NCBI GenBank assembly: GCA_973895155.1
Contig: OZ316895.1
Coordinates: 1,564,412 to 1,628,411 of the forward strand
Reading direction: 5' to 3'
DNA length: 64,000 bases
Source of the DNA: Marsupella aquatica
Lineage: Eukaryota > Plantae > Marchantiophyta
A program made the position numbers and the translations under genes. Position 1 is the first letter of the stretch; every line of letters starts with the position of its first letter. A model generated the notes under the pieces. That model was given only the letters and a program-made list of their open reading frames with translations, was not told the origin of the DNA and did not search any database. Shown one piece after another: positions 38,701 through 52,080 of this stretch.

Positions 38701-39797
38701 ACAAGCAAAATGGAGGATAAGTGTTCACACCATGCTCTCAGACTAGAAGGGCCTTAAGTGGATCCTTACCCGAGCATCAGCGCCATAAGAAACGTGATAA
38801 CAGGGACAGCATTTTGGATTGAAGCAGCAAATGTGGCCGAAGTGTAGACCAATCCCGCCAGGTAAAGCTGCTGGCTGCCCACAATCCTGATCAATCGATA
38901 TGATGACAATCCACAAGTCCAAAACTGAGTTAGCTCCTTGAACTTATGTAGGGAAAGAAAGCGCCATCAATGGAACTTCCTGCAGATAAGAGACCTAGTG
39001 CGTTAGATCATTACATCCTGAGTCATATTTATCAATCTTCAATGCTTAAAGCAGGACCGAATCCCGAAGAAGTGGCATTCGTGGAATTTTGACCGGTCCT
39101 AGGGACAGTTTCCGAGGCATTTTTTACTTAAAGTGATCGAATTGTCATGGAATCTATGGATGAGAACGCAAGGAACACTAAGTGTTAGTATGACAAAGCT
39201 CGGGAACTTACCCGGTGAGACCGAGCATAAAGAATCTAAAAAGCAGCCTGGGAGTCATTGGAGGCCTGTCCTTCCTGCAAGTTCAAACGGACGTTGATCG
39301 AAGAAACTCGGATAATGACGTACTGCTGAAGAGGATGAATTATATACAGATGTCTCGTACTGAGGAAGCGTCGCTTGCAATTACTTCCAGGAAGTCCTAG
39401 ACTAGTACTTGCGGACGTTGTGATCAGTAATATCAAACATGGAGGGATATAATATAAATTTATCAGTCAATTGGATAACCACGAAATTCACTTGAAAGAG
39501 TGCTTACTTCTCAAAGGCGTAGGCAAAGGGACTCATCAGTAGCAACGCGATTCCATTTCTATAGATGGCATACACAAATTGACTTAGTCCACTTGTGAGA
39601 GCGACTCTGCTCAGCACCTGATGACCTGCAAAACCCAGCTGCATCACAAGAAGAGCTGTGTGCACTTGTAGCGTTCGCCTCGCGGTGCTGTTCCGCCCTG
39701 CGTCTACTGTTGTAGCTTTGGGGTCCTCCGCCGTAGCTGCCCCTCTGCAATCCCTTCCATGATCTCCGATAAATTTTGCAGCCTTCGTTTCCCGCAT
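35707..39797 (-). CDS. WAT1-related / UMAMIT (EamA, nodulin MtN21 family) transporter, 462 aa, 7 coding exons
   Basis: Exons 39797-39508, 39274-39212, 38886-38770, 37837-37558, 37123-36965, 36630-36479, 36034-35707; all GT-AG, 1389 nt in frame. Family motifs: QLGFAGHQVLSRVAL, YRNGIALLLMSPFAYAFEKKDRPP, TSATFAASIQNAVP, AKVLGTIVCVVGA, WAIQKGGPLLVSLYTPVQT, GLYLVTWG. Confidence 0.95.
36742..36858. repeat. ~61-bp two-copy tandem duplication inside a WAT1-like intron
   Basis: TCGCAGTCTGAAGCAACTG(AA)GGAGTGTGACACCATTGTGCATAGTTTCTCAG.CTCAAC occurs twice. Confidence 0.85.
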
Positions 39798-42700
39798 TCT
39801 CAAAGATTACCTGCATTTAACAAGACGACAATGAAAAGACCAAGTCGCCGAGTATGTCACTTCATGATGTCTACATTTCCCGTGTACTTTGCCCCTTTCT
39901 CAAGGCCTACCTGCACTTAACAAACGGCGATTAACATTCTACACATCATCTTAGTTCTTTGATAAATGAAGTGATTCATCACCGCGGAAAACCTTGATAG
40001 CAATCTCGGTTGTGCGTGTCAATTCTCCGATGTAGGCTGTACCACAGAATTCGTTGATGTACTCTGCGGTATTCGCTGAGGATGGAAGGCCACGAGTAGA
40101 ATGTCGTACTGAAATACTTGTAATGCCAGGCCTGGAAAACTAACTATAATATTCCACAGTAAGTCTGTGGGCTATTTGAGTCCTATGTGTGCGCACAAAT
40201 TGGTTCTTTGTCATTGATCAATGGCCCAGTAAAGGAATGCAGGCTCGCTGGAAACAGTAGGCAGATCTTAAGTTCTGCGGCTGGCTATTGCTCCATCCAT
40301 ACTATTTGATTCGTTGTCACTGACGGGCTAACGAAGGCTAGCACTCTCCCATTGATTTCGTGTGCCAAGAACACATCGAAGGATACCTTCAGAAATTAAA
40401 CATGGCCAGGAAATTTAGGGTTTAGCGTCATGGGCTACTCTTCATGGACCTTTCGACCTCAGGGCCATCCTGCTAGCTATTAACGGCAAGCCCTGTCGTC
40501 AACGCGACGTCAGCTGATAAATCCTAGAGCACAGGCGTTCAAATATGATACTGTGTTGGCTGGACATTTTCAAACATAGATGAAGATATGCCTGTTCAAA
40601 TAGGCACTTCCAATACTCTCTCTCCAGAAACTGCGAGGGCAATTCCACCAATCACCGTCAGGAGACGAATCTCACCTATCAAGTTTGTTCACAGGCAGGG
40701 AGCTCCGAAATACAGGTGAGACCATAACTAGTTCGACCCGGGTCACAATTCCAAAGAAACTTAATTAAAACGATCAATCTGTTTAAGAATGCCGACCCCA
40801 GTACAGAACAGGGGGTCATAAGAGTCTGCTACGTCCCCATCGCAATTATAAAGGAGTATCTGGAATCTAGTACACTGTTTGCAAGACTGCTCCTGTAGGG
40901 ATTCGGCTCATTTGTGCAAGTTCTTTGCTTATACAGTCCCTTCGAAAACCACTAGCCATGACAAAAACATGGTTCCACACATTTTACCATTTTTAATATT
41001 TTTTCCTGAAATTGAGGAGCAAAGCCTCACCGTAGAGGAGAGGAATGGTAAAAAAGGAGGAGTCTTGTACACTTTTCCACAAGCCACAAAACTGAAAGAG
41101 ACCTGGCAAGAAATTTGAACTAACAAGATGGCCCACCGAGCTCTTCCGACCTGAAGGAGATGGACTCCGCAATAAAATATTCGCAGTAGTAGTGAGCTGG
41201 GATCGCCAGTCACAAATGGCACCCACTGGAAACTAAAAACAATACGACGTGCTGCATGAGATGGGTGAACTAAATGACCCACCTTGACATCGCTTCAGGA
41301 CAACCACCCATACTTTACCCCGGACTTTCATCTTCAGATTTTCCAGGACTCGTCACCATATATATATAGGATCACGGAGATTCCACCGCTTTTCAAGGAC
41401 CAACTTTGTCACGGTCAGTTGGACAGTGTGCACGGGAGCTGTAACGAATCTCTCCCCTGATTAAAAGTCTATCATATGCCATCGACAACAGAAACTCAAA
41501 AGTCTTGCTATCGCTGAGAAATCATTCGCTGAAATGCTACCCGACGAAGTCCGGTCACACAGGACCTGACGGCACTAAGTTATGCCCGGACTTTTGGTTG
41601 CAACTGATATACAATTGAATACTACACAACATTTGAGTTAAAAAATTTCCCGAGCCCTTGGACTGAGATCGAGCTTCAGCGTTCCTGCTTGACGAACTTC
41701 TTGGTCGGGCATTTCTACCAACGAAATTTTCTTCTGTATCAATCTTCTCGTGAGTATCCGATGGCTCTGGGTAGGCAACCGAAGACGCCGGGAGGAAAAC
41801 TTCCCGTCAACATGTGGAGGACTAGTGCTACCTAGCTAGGATTACCGAGGATTGTCTCTAGCTCGATCGAATGTACGTAGTATTCTGTGGCAAACATAAT
41901 CATTGCGGGGATCGTTTTTACTTTCTGCAAATGTGGTGATGAGCCTCGTCATTCCACGAACGTCTGTAACTCAAGAAACCAGTGACCACTGAATTCGATT
42001 ACAACTTTGGACAACGGGTAGATAACGTACATACCACTTGAAGTGACTGGCAGCTTATCGATAGGCTGGTCTGGATTCTATAATCTCGTAGTCGATGCTA
42101 CAAAGATCAATAGATGAATATATTCATGCACACGCGACCACCAGTTGACTCGTTCTGGACTGCCGACGGTCCATCAGTCGCACATCTGGTACTGAACATG
42201 AACAGTCAATGGGTAAACGGAGATTTACAATATTTTAATTTGCTACAACTCGAAACCTCATTGGTTCTCCACTGACTTAAGCTTGATAGCCTGTGGGCTA
42301 AAAGTGAAACAAATCTTAAAGGTAATCTCAAGACACTCACACCACATGCCCCGTCGTACCTTGATCGTGCATTCTGCAACCCCTCTGAGCAGTAATGAAT
42401 CAAGCTGAACAATCTCAGCCGAAGGTGATAATAAAATGATTCTGTTATATATTGGACACCAAACTAGTTAGGATGGATTCTCAAATTCTAAGAATGTAGA
42501 CGTAGAGGGGTCAATCGAACTCAATTCCGCTGGGAAGAGTCGGTCAACAGATGGACCGGGAAGGCTGTGGGGGGGGGGGGAGGGAAGCTGGTGAATATCT
42601 CGCAATGTCGAATGTCAACTGCTAGATGAGTGTACACAGTAGTCAGAAAGAAAGCAAAAGTCTAGACCCGGCCAATATTATTGCACGGGTACACTGGGAA

Positions 42701-45700
42701 CACGGTATGTGGGTTAAGGAGTATCCAAATTAAACCAAAACTTCAACTGAAACGCTACACATAACACAGATAACAACACAAGACTCACAGACCATGATCA
42801 AAATCTCACGAGTCGAGGACAACTACAGCGAACTCCTTATGCAATAAGATAGGAAAACAAACTAAACAATCACTCAGAAGTGAGATGAAGCTAAGAGGCT
42901 GTCGTGATCAGCTCTTCGTTGCTATTTGTAGTGGAGGACATCAATCTTCCGTCAAGTCGTCCTTCAATTGGGTCTGAGACTTGCGAGTACTGAAGCACTA
43001 AGTAGAGCCTTCTAGACCTTGAGAGCGCGAAGCCGTGCCCTACCGTCAAGCAGGAGCTCTCCTCAGGTCGTTGTCTCATAAGCGCTCTCTACGCCGCATA
43101 AAAGTGATGAATTATTGTCCACAATTCGGAGCTGGATCCTGGCGTCTTGGTATTCTAGGAATGTTCTCCACCTTTATTGGTGGATGCGACACAAGAACTA
43201 CTATTACGTCGACAACCGTTGAAGAATTCGTCAGAAAATGACAAAACCAGAGGATGAGGGAATCCGCAAAGCACAGTCATTAATGCTAGCCTTGTTTTTC
43301 CTGGTTAGTAGGGATTATCTCAATTTTATTGACGTCCAACTATTTTCAATCCTCGTCAAGCATCATTAAATCCTTGTAGTGGGCTTATCTGCCTCTTATT
43401 TTGCAACTGTACGTAACTTGGGGGTAAAATTCCAGTTAGATGTAAACTGACCGGCTATATCTAATGTTGTGTTCTCGGTTTCGAGTTTTTGGTGCCCCCT
43501 TGTTGCAGCTCTGCAACCTCGCATAGGGTAGTTTGGTGTCTCGGCCCATGCTCTCGGTGGTTTCCTTATTGGGCTGCATGCACTGCTCAACTCACCTCAA
43601 AATAAAACTCTCCCTTGGGCCTGATTTAGGAGAACACCTTCCTTAATTAATTGGAGGGCTTTTCGAACGCCAAATCGTCACCCGGGTCTGACAGTCAGTG
43701 CGGAAGACTCGCATCAAACCGCGGAAGTCTCGAAAAATCCACAGCAAATGGACATGGCCGCAGTAGGTTGGCATCAGTCTGGAGGCCTATTGCAGCGTTC
43801 GGTCACAAGTAGCCGTCAACTTTACCACTTTGGTTGACTACTGCATGCTACAGTTTGTATGTACAGCAGCTGCTTCAGAGTCAATGGCAAGTTCAAGGAT
43901 CCATGGGATTCGTTCGGCTACTTCTTAAGATCCGCGAGTCCCTCACAGATACTTTGTGAAATACTGAAGGGTTGAGGTGTGGACCAACTGTTTTACTAGG
44001 ACCACAAACTGCTGGAAATGTTACAATTTGGGAATGTCGTTTATGAATTTGTACACTGAAACCACTTGCAATTGAAGGTGCACTGCTTGGGCCCACAAAT
44101 TAAGAAGTTCGCAATTATTGTGGCGGGAAACGTAGACAGTCTGGAGGGTGATTTTGTTTTACTTCATAGTTTCTCGATTCATGGACGACTGGTCTCGAGC
44201 GCCAACAGATAAACTGTATGTGCAAGCACCATCTCCAGTCCGGTCCGAGGTCCGGTCCTCTAATGTCTATACTGTTCATGCAGAGGATCTATACTAATCG
44301 CCAATGTTGTCTTCCTAAAATTTAGGTACGGGTGTGGATGCAAAGCACAAGTGCGCATTTGCGCAAGGCAAATGAAGTCCAGACTGGTGACCATTTCCCA
44401 GCCGATAAATACGGGTCTTAAACCGCAAAGCTTGGCGTAACCTAAAACTATTACTGCAGGTCAAGGATACGGATAAAAATAGTTATGGACAACCAAGTTT
44501 ATAATCCATAGGTTCTTGTCGTAAAGAAAAAGATCATATGCAATAATGACCATAAGTTACTGTAGAGGCTTGTGGAAAAAAACCAAAAAACCAGACTGAA
44601 AAGAGTTACGACATTTCTTTATGGCCGAAAGCCATCACCCGTTACGATGAGCTTTTGACTGTCTAGGGAATATGTAGCAGGCTTGAGGGATGTCTGCATT
44701 AATTTAACCCACAATTCACCACTGTATGCGCAGACTGCTGCAGTCCTTATCATCTAGGAAGAAGCCTCCTGCACTGTGTAGGCTGTGAAACGATAGAGCA
44801 TACTATTTTCAAATGTATGCAGAATCCAGATATCGTTTCTAAGGTTCATTTGAGGGGCAGGCCAGTTGTAAAATAGCAACTTTAGTCGATTGATTTGGTC
44901 CACCGGAGAATATTGTAATGCTCAAGGATGCCAATGTCACTGTGATATGCCTCCTTGAGTCGACTTGCGGGAGGCTCAACATCATGTGCTGCTGACTTGA
45001 TGCGTAGTCATTGCAGGTCGAATAAATTAGGCTTTCCATGCTTCTCCTCTGATTTGCCAACAGTTGCTTATAATACTCATCCGAGGTCAATTGGTCTAGT
45101 GGTTGTCACAAAATCCGCTTCAGCACTCCGGCCGCTTCACGAGTGGCATTGTCATATTTTCCTTGCTTACTCCTCGCAAGTAGGCAGAGATCGGATTCAT
45201 CGACTTCAAACCCAAAATTGGAATCGAGGTTCGGTTTCAGGAATCTGGTTTTATTGATGTGGACAAGAGAGTCCTGCCACCTCGGACCCTGTCGAAGTCT
45301 ATATTTGAAACCACTTAAAAACACTTTGATGGGAACTTCATAGCACAAAGCTGACCTAGTATGACTGGGTTCGGATGGCGTTCGCGCAGAGCTCACTTAT
45401 TGTCAAAGCTCATGACACGGACATCGACGATCCGAAAACCCGTTTACGTTGTATATAGTAAATTGTGGAATTCGGAAGGAAGAAGCTTCTTTAATACAAG
45501 CTCGTGCTCGGCTGCCAAAGCAGTGTAGCTACTAAAGGACACATTTTGTTCGCCGCCTTGTTGGCATTCGACCTCCGGTCCTTCAGGGCATTGCCCTCCT
45601 CCCCGTTTGTGGGTTGCCCGCGCTCTATGCTGTTCTATGGTAAAGAATTCTGCATTTAACATTCTACGATGGTCCAAAGCCTGGACCATTTTCATTGAGC

Positions 45701-46360
45701 AGAAAGAGAATTTTCCTGTCTTCGTATGAGCTGGGTCGCACTCCGTTGAATACCATGTAGTCAAATAGCATATTGCGAGGACGTCCAACAGGGGAGAGGC
45801 TCGGAGTGGGCCGGAGGTCCGAGTAACTTAACCCAATGGGGCTGGAACCAACACCTGGTTTTTTTCCTTAATTTAGCCCGATCAGGTTATACATCGAAGA
45901 AGTGCCGAACTATCCCGACCGCGAAGGTCCCCCTGAACAATCTATGTGGAGATTAAAATTCTGCCTCACCGTCACCGGGGAAAAAGCTCCAAAGATTCGT
46001 TTGACGGTGGTTTCAAGACCTGTGATCTAACTACCGGCTAACGCTAGCTTCTGGTCCGTGCGAATGCTGAGGCTGCTACGATTGAACACATATAGGGATC
46101 TTCCTTCGCCCAGCAAATTTAGCGGTCTAATATCTTCGTCAAGTGTGAGGTTTGTATTTGTTTTTGTTTAAATTGGACATCTTCCCGACTAAACAAGGAC
46201 ATTTGTACATGTGACCAAGGAGTGCCTAGGCCGCACTTATGAACCTAGCCAGGTTGCGTGGATGCAGAACGAATGACAATGTGGATGATGTGGGAGTACC
46301 CGAAACGGTACCATGCATAACTTACAACCAATCCATCCAAATTGCGGCTTCGCTGTGCGC

Positions 46361-46429
46361 AGCTTCCATCCAAATAAGTATGGCTTCATCCAAGGAAGGA
46401 GGATGACCCAGCTTATTTGGATGGAAGCT
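46361..46429. other. Strong hairpin (candidate pre-miRNA or tiny MITE remnant)
   Basis: AGCTTCCATCCAAATAAG (46361-46378) is the exact reverse complement of CTTATTTGGATGGAAGCT (46412-46429). The stem continues imperfectly (TGG.TTCATCC / GGATGA.CCA) to a ~9-nt loop. Confidence 0.6.
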
Positions 46430-46975
46430 CCATCCTCGAAAGGAGGATGACCCAACGCCTTTCGAGGGTTTGAATTTGTACAAACGGGATGGTTCTACAA
46501 CGAATGAAGTGAACCCGGAAAATGGAGATGCTTCACGCCCCCCTCAAAATGCCCACAGAACTAATTTTGGGGATTTACTGGGGCTTCGAATTTTTCAGTT
46601 GTGTCAGACGTGAACCATTGTGACGATCTTAAGAGGTTTAATTCTTTGGGTACACATTTGAGCTTGTCTGAACAAGAACTCCTGTAATCCTGATATTGCA
46701 GAACTGGTGCTATCTGCCAAAAGCTTTGGGACCATGATAAGTGACATCATGTAATATATACAGGATTATCACAGAGGGTCTAGAGCTTCTAGGATTCTTG
46801 AATAATCTGACTCTCATCTTTCACGGCACGTAGGGGAATTACTCCCGTCTTTGAAAATCCGATAATACTATGTCCTCCTCCCGCCTTCTGAGCGTAGTCC
46901 GTGTGGTAGAGCTGATCAAATTCCTCTTCTCTATTCTCCCAGTCCATTCCTTCCCAACGTCTGAAGCCAAATTAG

Positions 46976-49167
46976 CTACTCCGCTGTGGTGACTGCCTCC
47001 AACACTGCACCTCCAAAGTACTTTTCAAAGTAGCCCTTTGGCTCCGTCACGAATCTGGAGATGATGTCACGGATGGTTACCACACCAACTAGTCTAGAAT
47101 TTGAATCCACCAAACACGTCCGATGAACTTTATGTGAAGCTAAACTGGTGATGACCTCTTTCAACGTTACAGATAGTTGATGTGTGATAGGAGGAAGGCA
47201 TCTGGAGGGAGAAGTAGTGTCTTTCGACGTTCTCGTTACAGTATTCAAAAAGTCCAGCACTGTTAATTCCCTGTCACATCAATTCCACGAGATTTAGTAC
47301 CAGAAGATATTCCTTACATGAACCAAATCAATCGAATTAAGTCAGAACAACAAAATTGTAGAATAACCAGTTGCGTGAGAACAAGAGAGCTCACTTTCTC
47401 TGAGCGAAGATCTCAGGCTTCAATAGTAAAAACCGCACATCTCGGACACTGATAGTGCCAACTACTTTCTTCTCTGGACCTTCGGTAACAGGAAGGCCTC
47501 CAATTCCTTGCTCACGCATGAGAATGAATGCTTCCAGGATGAGTTTGCTGGCGTCCACAGATATCACCTGCTCCGATCAAATGCACTGTCAGACATTAAA
47601 CCCAACTCCGGTTCCAAAATGGAAACAAAACAGTAAGGTCCCAAAGAAGCTGCTATGTACCTTGTCTGGAGTCATTACGGGAAGGCCCAGTTGCTCAAGA
47701 GTCTTGTCGGCAATGCAATCAAACCAATCCTTTCCCTGGCATTCTGCAAGGCTTTTCACAACCGCTGACTGAGTGAGAACATTTTCTACTCGGGGCTTCT
47801 CAGGCTCGATTACGGGGATACTCCGCAGCCGAAACTTGGACATCAGCAGAAGTACCGTCAACATAGAATCATCTGGTTGTATGGGAAGAAATGGTGCCCA
47901 CCGGTACGCCCTCGTGATCTCCTTCACCTGCATGTACGAAGAACATTTCCCAGATAAAGTATATACTGATTTGAAATTCCAAAGTGACCCTCTTCAACAG
48001 CTAAGCTTAAAACTTGAGTGATAACTTAAAGTCAACCGAGCCCGTGCCCAGCAAAATATACATCCCTCTTGCCTTCCTGACAGGGACAGGCTAAACATGC
48101 TGAAGAAGTCAATTTCTACAGCTGCATCTCAAATTCTCTGGAGAGGTCACAGCGATTGCAAATATACCTTCATGGACTTAAATGGTTCCTCTTGTAAAAT
48201 GACTTTGTAGAAGTCTTCTCCAAGGGCATTGGCAGCAGTTTGAGGATCCTTCCCAATCCCCCTCTCAGTTATTACCCCACCTGCAGCATCGGTGTTGTGT
48301 GGGTGCACAGCATTGTTAGAACATTTCATGACAAAATTCTTGACGACGTTCTTCAGTCTTTCGAATGACTCTTGCGCAAGATCTCTTAAAAAAGTCGTCC
48401 AAAAGCTGTTTACCTGCAATTGCAGCACCCACAGCAGCTGTAGCGAGTCCTGCGAGTGCAATAGGGCCTGTCAGTCCTAGCACAATTGCCCCCAAAGCCC
48501 CTACAGCACCTGCTCCAACTCCCACAGCTGCTGCTGATCCAGCTGCGAGCGCGGCTGCTGCAAGTTCCGCTTGCTCAATAACCCAGAGAACCACAGCTGG
48601 GTAATCGACCATCCCAATATAACGTGCTGACCAGGGCTCACTGCTGGCCGCTTCTGGGTTCCGAACTGGGGCTGCCATTATGTTGTGCTCCGATAGAAGA
48701 CTTACTGCGTTTGCAATCGTTTCATCTCCGGATATTTCCACCACTGGACGCAACAACAGTCGAAAGGAATCATGAGAAAAAACGAAACAGACTCCAGTAC
48801 TCTGAACAGAGCGATCGTGTAGGGGAAATGACAAAAGAAACCACTCGCATGTTCCTCTATCTTGATATGGGACGAGGTCGAGAATCTGAATCATGGGACG
48901 AGAGAAGTACTCGAAATATCCTGCTATAGGACTCGGAATTTCTGGAACGATGTACATCCGCGATAAAACGCACAAAAATTTATCTGAGCAATAGTCAATA
49001 CCTTCCCCGGAAGGTAGATCAGGAAAGGAGGAGACACGGACGTTGGAAAATGCAGTACTCAATAGTTCCAGTACACCTGGAGGCACTCCTTTCCCTCCCG
49101 CCTTCTCATGCTCTTCCCATATTTGTTGCAACCTGTCCTTCATATCTGTGTCTTCCATAGCAGCCAT
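46976..49167 (-). CDS. CBS-domain protein, SNF1-related kinase (SnRK1) regulatory subunit gamma-1-like, 447 aa, 6 coding exons
   Basis: Exons 49167-49002, 48743-48414, 48280-48168, 47927-47661, 47567-47395, 47270-46976; all GT-AG, 1344 nt in frame. CBS motifs: AVSLLSEHNIMAAPV, YIGMVDY, YRWAPFLP...LTVLLLMSKFRLRSIPV, LEAFILMREQGIGGLPV...GTISVRD, LASHKVHR...GVVTIRDII. Confidence 0.93.
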
Positions 49168-50336
49168 GATGCGATCCCTCTGTTGACACAAGACGGGAGA
49201 GAAGAACAATTGGTCAACTTTCTCTGTGCCATTTCATAGTGAGGTAGACAATCCAACTCTAGAGGAGCCCATCAGACAACCCAAGAAAAATTCTGACGGC
49301 TTTATCTTCCCTGAATCTAGCAATGCGTTATGATTCCAAATCCTGCAATTGAAGCAAAGGATATGTACTGGAGATCGGAGAACTAAGAATGAGATGTTCT
49401 ACGATTTGCATCAATGATTACTCTTCGTGCAGATCAAGAACAAAAATTAATTGTCGAGCTCATTACTCTACAGGCACTTTGACAACTACGGCTACCGTCA
49501 CTGCAATATAGCTTTGCCGCTCGCCGCTTTTACTAGGTGTGAGTGTTCATCTAAACAAAAGTACCCATCCCGGACACGTCGTCGGTCGAGGGTCTACTGT
49601 CACTGATGACTTTGATTCTTACGCATACATAAGATCATGGCAAAACTGCTCATCCAATGGATCAATGTGCTTACGAGCGAAACCAACCCTGTAGTTCTCC
49701 TCCTTTAAGGTGCCAAAGGAAGTCCCAGCCGAAGAGGGTCAGTCTGGTTTAGGGTATGTGAACGAAATCATCATCGAGCCCAAAGTTCACTACGGTTGGA
49801 CACTGAACGATCCGCGCCAGACTTTTTGATTTGTTAAACAAGGATTGATAATTCCAAATTGTACAATTTGTTTCAACAAAGTATCATTTGTGTTCACTGT
49901 CATAGGAAGTTTCCTGCAATGGTGGGTCAGCTACTCAAAGACCGTTCGGCAACGTGTACAACCTACACTTGCTAAGACGTTCGACACTACCCTACTCTAT
50001 TCCACCCACTCGATCATTCCTCGCTTACATGCTTCCACCAAACACCTAAAAGGGACAGAACAGAGAGACGTCCTCCCCACTCTCATTGCCACTAGATCAT
50101 GCAATGCGGTAAATAATTCGCCCATCCAAACAAGAATGGAGGCAACTATGAGAGACCTCACATACGTCCAAAGATGAAGCAACGTGATGACCTCGTAACG
50201 CATCAACGGATTAAGCATTGCGGCGACCATCAAACACCCATCAAGTCAAATGAACGATCCCATCTGCCAGGCAGAGAAAGCAAGCCATACCGATCTTGGC
50301 GGTGACAGGCGATCAAAGGGAAACACAACTACGTTT

Positions 50337-50580
50337 AGGCTCTCTGCAGCGTTTTGTGAACAAACCTATAACCCTCCCGAAGCTCGTCCGTTCCTCTTAA
50401 CTCCTGTCGATCGGATTCGACGATGCCTCCCAATGCCTTTCGATCCCGTCAGTACTCGTTCAGGCTCTCTGCAGGGTCTTGAGAGGGTAAAACTATAACC
50501 CTTCCGAAGCTCGTCCGTTTCTCTAGCTCCTGTCGATCGGATTCGACGGTGCCTCCCAATGTCTTTCGATCCCGTCAGTA
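50337..50580. repeat. ~126-bp two-copy tandem duplication in the probable 5' leader of the CBS gene
   Basis: AGGCTCTCTGCAG...CTATAACCCT.CCGAAGCTCGTCCGTT...CTCCTGTCGATCGGATTCGACG.TGCCTCCCAATG.CTTTCGATCCCGTCAGTA occurs twice. Confidence 0.85.
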
Positions 50581-51073
50581 ATCTCAAGAGAAGCCTCAAT
50601 CACTCCAATCTCTCGTCAGCGGACTGTACAAAATGATTGACAAAGATCTCAGAATATCACGAGTCCGTTGAGCCGAAACAAAACGCAAATCTGGAGAGTA
50701 ATATGGATGTTACCCCTCGCGCAGTTCTTGAGAAACGTGTCATGTTTTGATTGCGAGACAGCAAGAGTCAGGAGACGACAGAAGTCATCTGACTCGTGCG
50801 TGCCGCTTGTCACGTCGAGAAGCCTCCAGCGTGGCTATGACGAGCAGGACACCTGGCGGTCAAATTTTTGCACTATCAGATTTGAAAAGAAGGGGTTTTT
50901 TCTCAATGCACTGAAAGTTGGATTTGTGGGTCATCCTCCTTATGAGACCCACTTAATAAATTTTAAGGATGGGGGGAGATAACATTGACCCTCCCCCATG
51001 GAGCAGACCTTACTACCTCATCTCTGTCTCATAGCACATATTATTTTTGTTTCATTCTCAATCAGCGGCCATC

Positions 51074-51175
51074 GCCAATCAATGCATCAGCCATCACCAA
51101 GTTGTGAATTTCTAAATTTGCACTGGCCAATCAATGCATCAGCCATCACCAAGTTGTGAATTTCTAAATTTGCAC
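51074..51175. repeat. 52-bp two-copy tandem duplication
   Basis: GCCAATCAATGCATCAGCCATCACCAAGTTGTGAATTTCTAAATTTGCAC at 51074 and 51126. Confidence 0.9.
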
Positions 51176-51707
51176 CAATGTTACGGGAAAGTTATGGATG
51201 AAGTGTTCAGCCAGCAGACTTTCCTTATGGTAGCCAAAGATCAACTCCCATATATTTTATGGGGTCCTCATTACTCAGGAAATTATCTTGGTCCGCGGAG
51301 CATTGAGATGCCCTTGTATTTAGGGTGGTTTAACAAGACCTTAGAGAAGTTTGAGTAACTTTATTTATCAACCATGTATCCCAAAAATAGTGTACTAGAT
51401 CTAAAAGAAAGTTTGGAATCATTTTATGGACCCCAATGTTTTATGCGGCTATCCTGCAAGTAACATCCATACACAACTCTATTGATGTACACAATGCAAA
51501 ACATATAACAATATTCGCACTACACACATTTCGTTATGTATGCAAGAGTCCATAACAATCTTGTGCAATACATACGGGACTGTGTTGCTATGTACTATCA
51601 ATTGAGCCACACCCACCCGCTAGCCATGTTGGACTTCAGGTCTATACACATAGCAAAACCTTGTCTAATATAACCTACACTAGCCCAGTGCCTTTGCATT
51701 GCACATA

Positions 51708-52080
51708 AGATGTTGAGGTGAGTAAAGATGTCGAGGTGAGGAGATGTTGAGGGGAAACAAGATGCAGATGAAATAAAAAGATGTCAAGGTGAGTAATTGA
51801 AGTCAAGGAGAGAAAAGATGTCAAAGGTGAGGAACAGATGTCGTGGTGAGATAAAGATGTCACGGTGAAAAAACAATCAGATACATGTTAAAGTGAGAAA
51901 ATATGTCAAGGTGAGTAAACGATGTCAAGCCAAGTGAGAAAAGATCTTGAAAGAAAAAGATGTTGAGGGTGAGAAAAAATGTGGTGGTAAGATAATGATG
52001 TCAATGTGAGAAAAAATTGCAAGATGAGAAAAATGTGTCAAGGCAAGGTAAAGATGTTGAGGAAAGATAAATATGTAAAG
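51708..52080. repeat. Degenerate purine-rich minisatellite (~18-20-bp unit AGATGTCAAGGTGAGAAA)
   Basis: Well over a dozen variants in tandem, such as AGATGTTGAGGTGAG, AGATGTCGAGGTGAG, AGATGTCAAGGTGAG and AGATGTCACGGTGAA. Confidence 0.8.
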
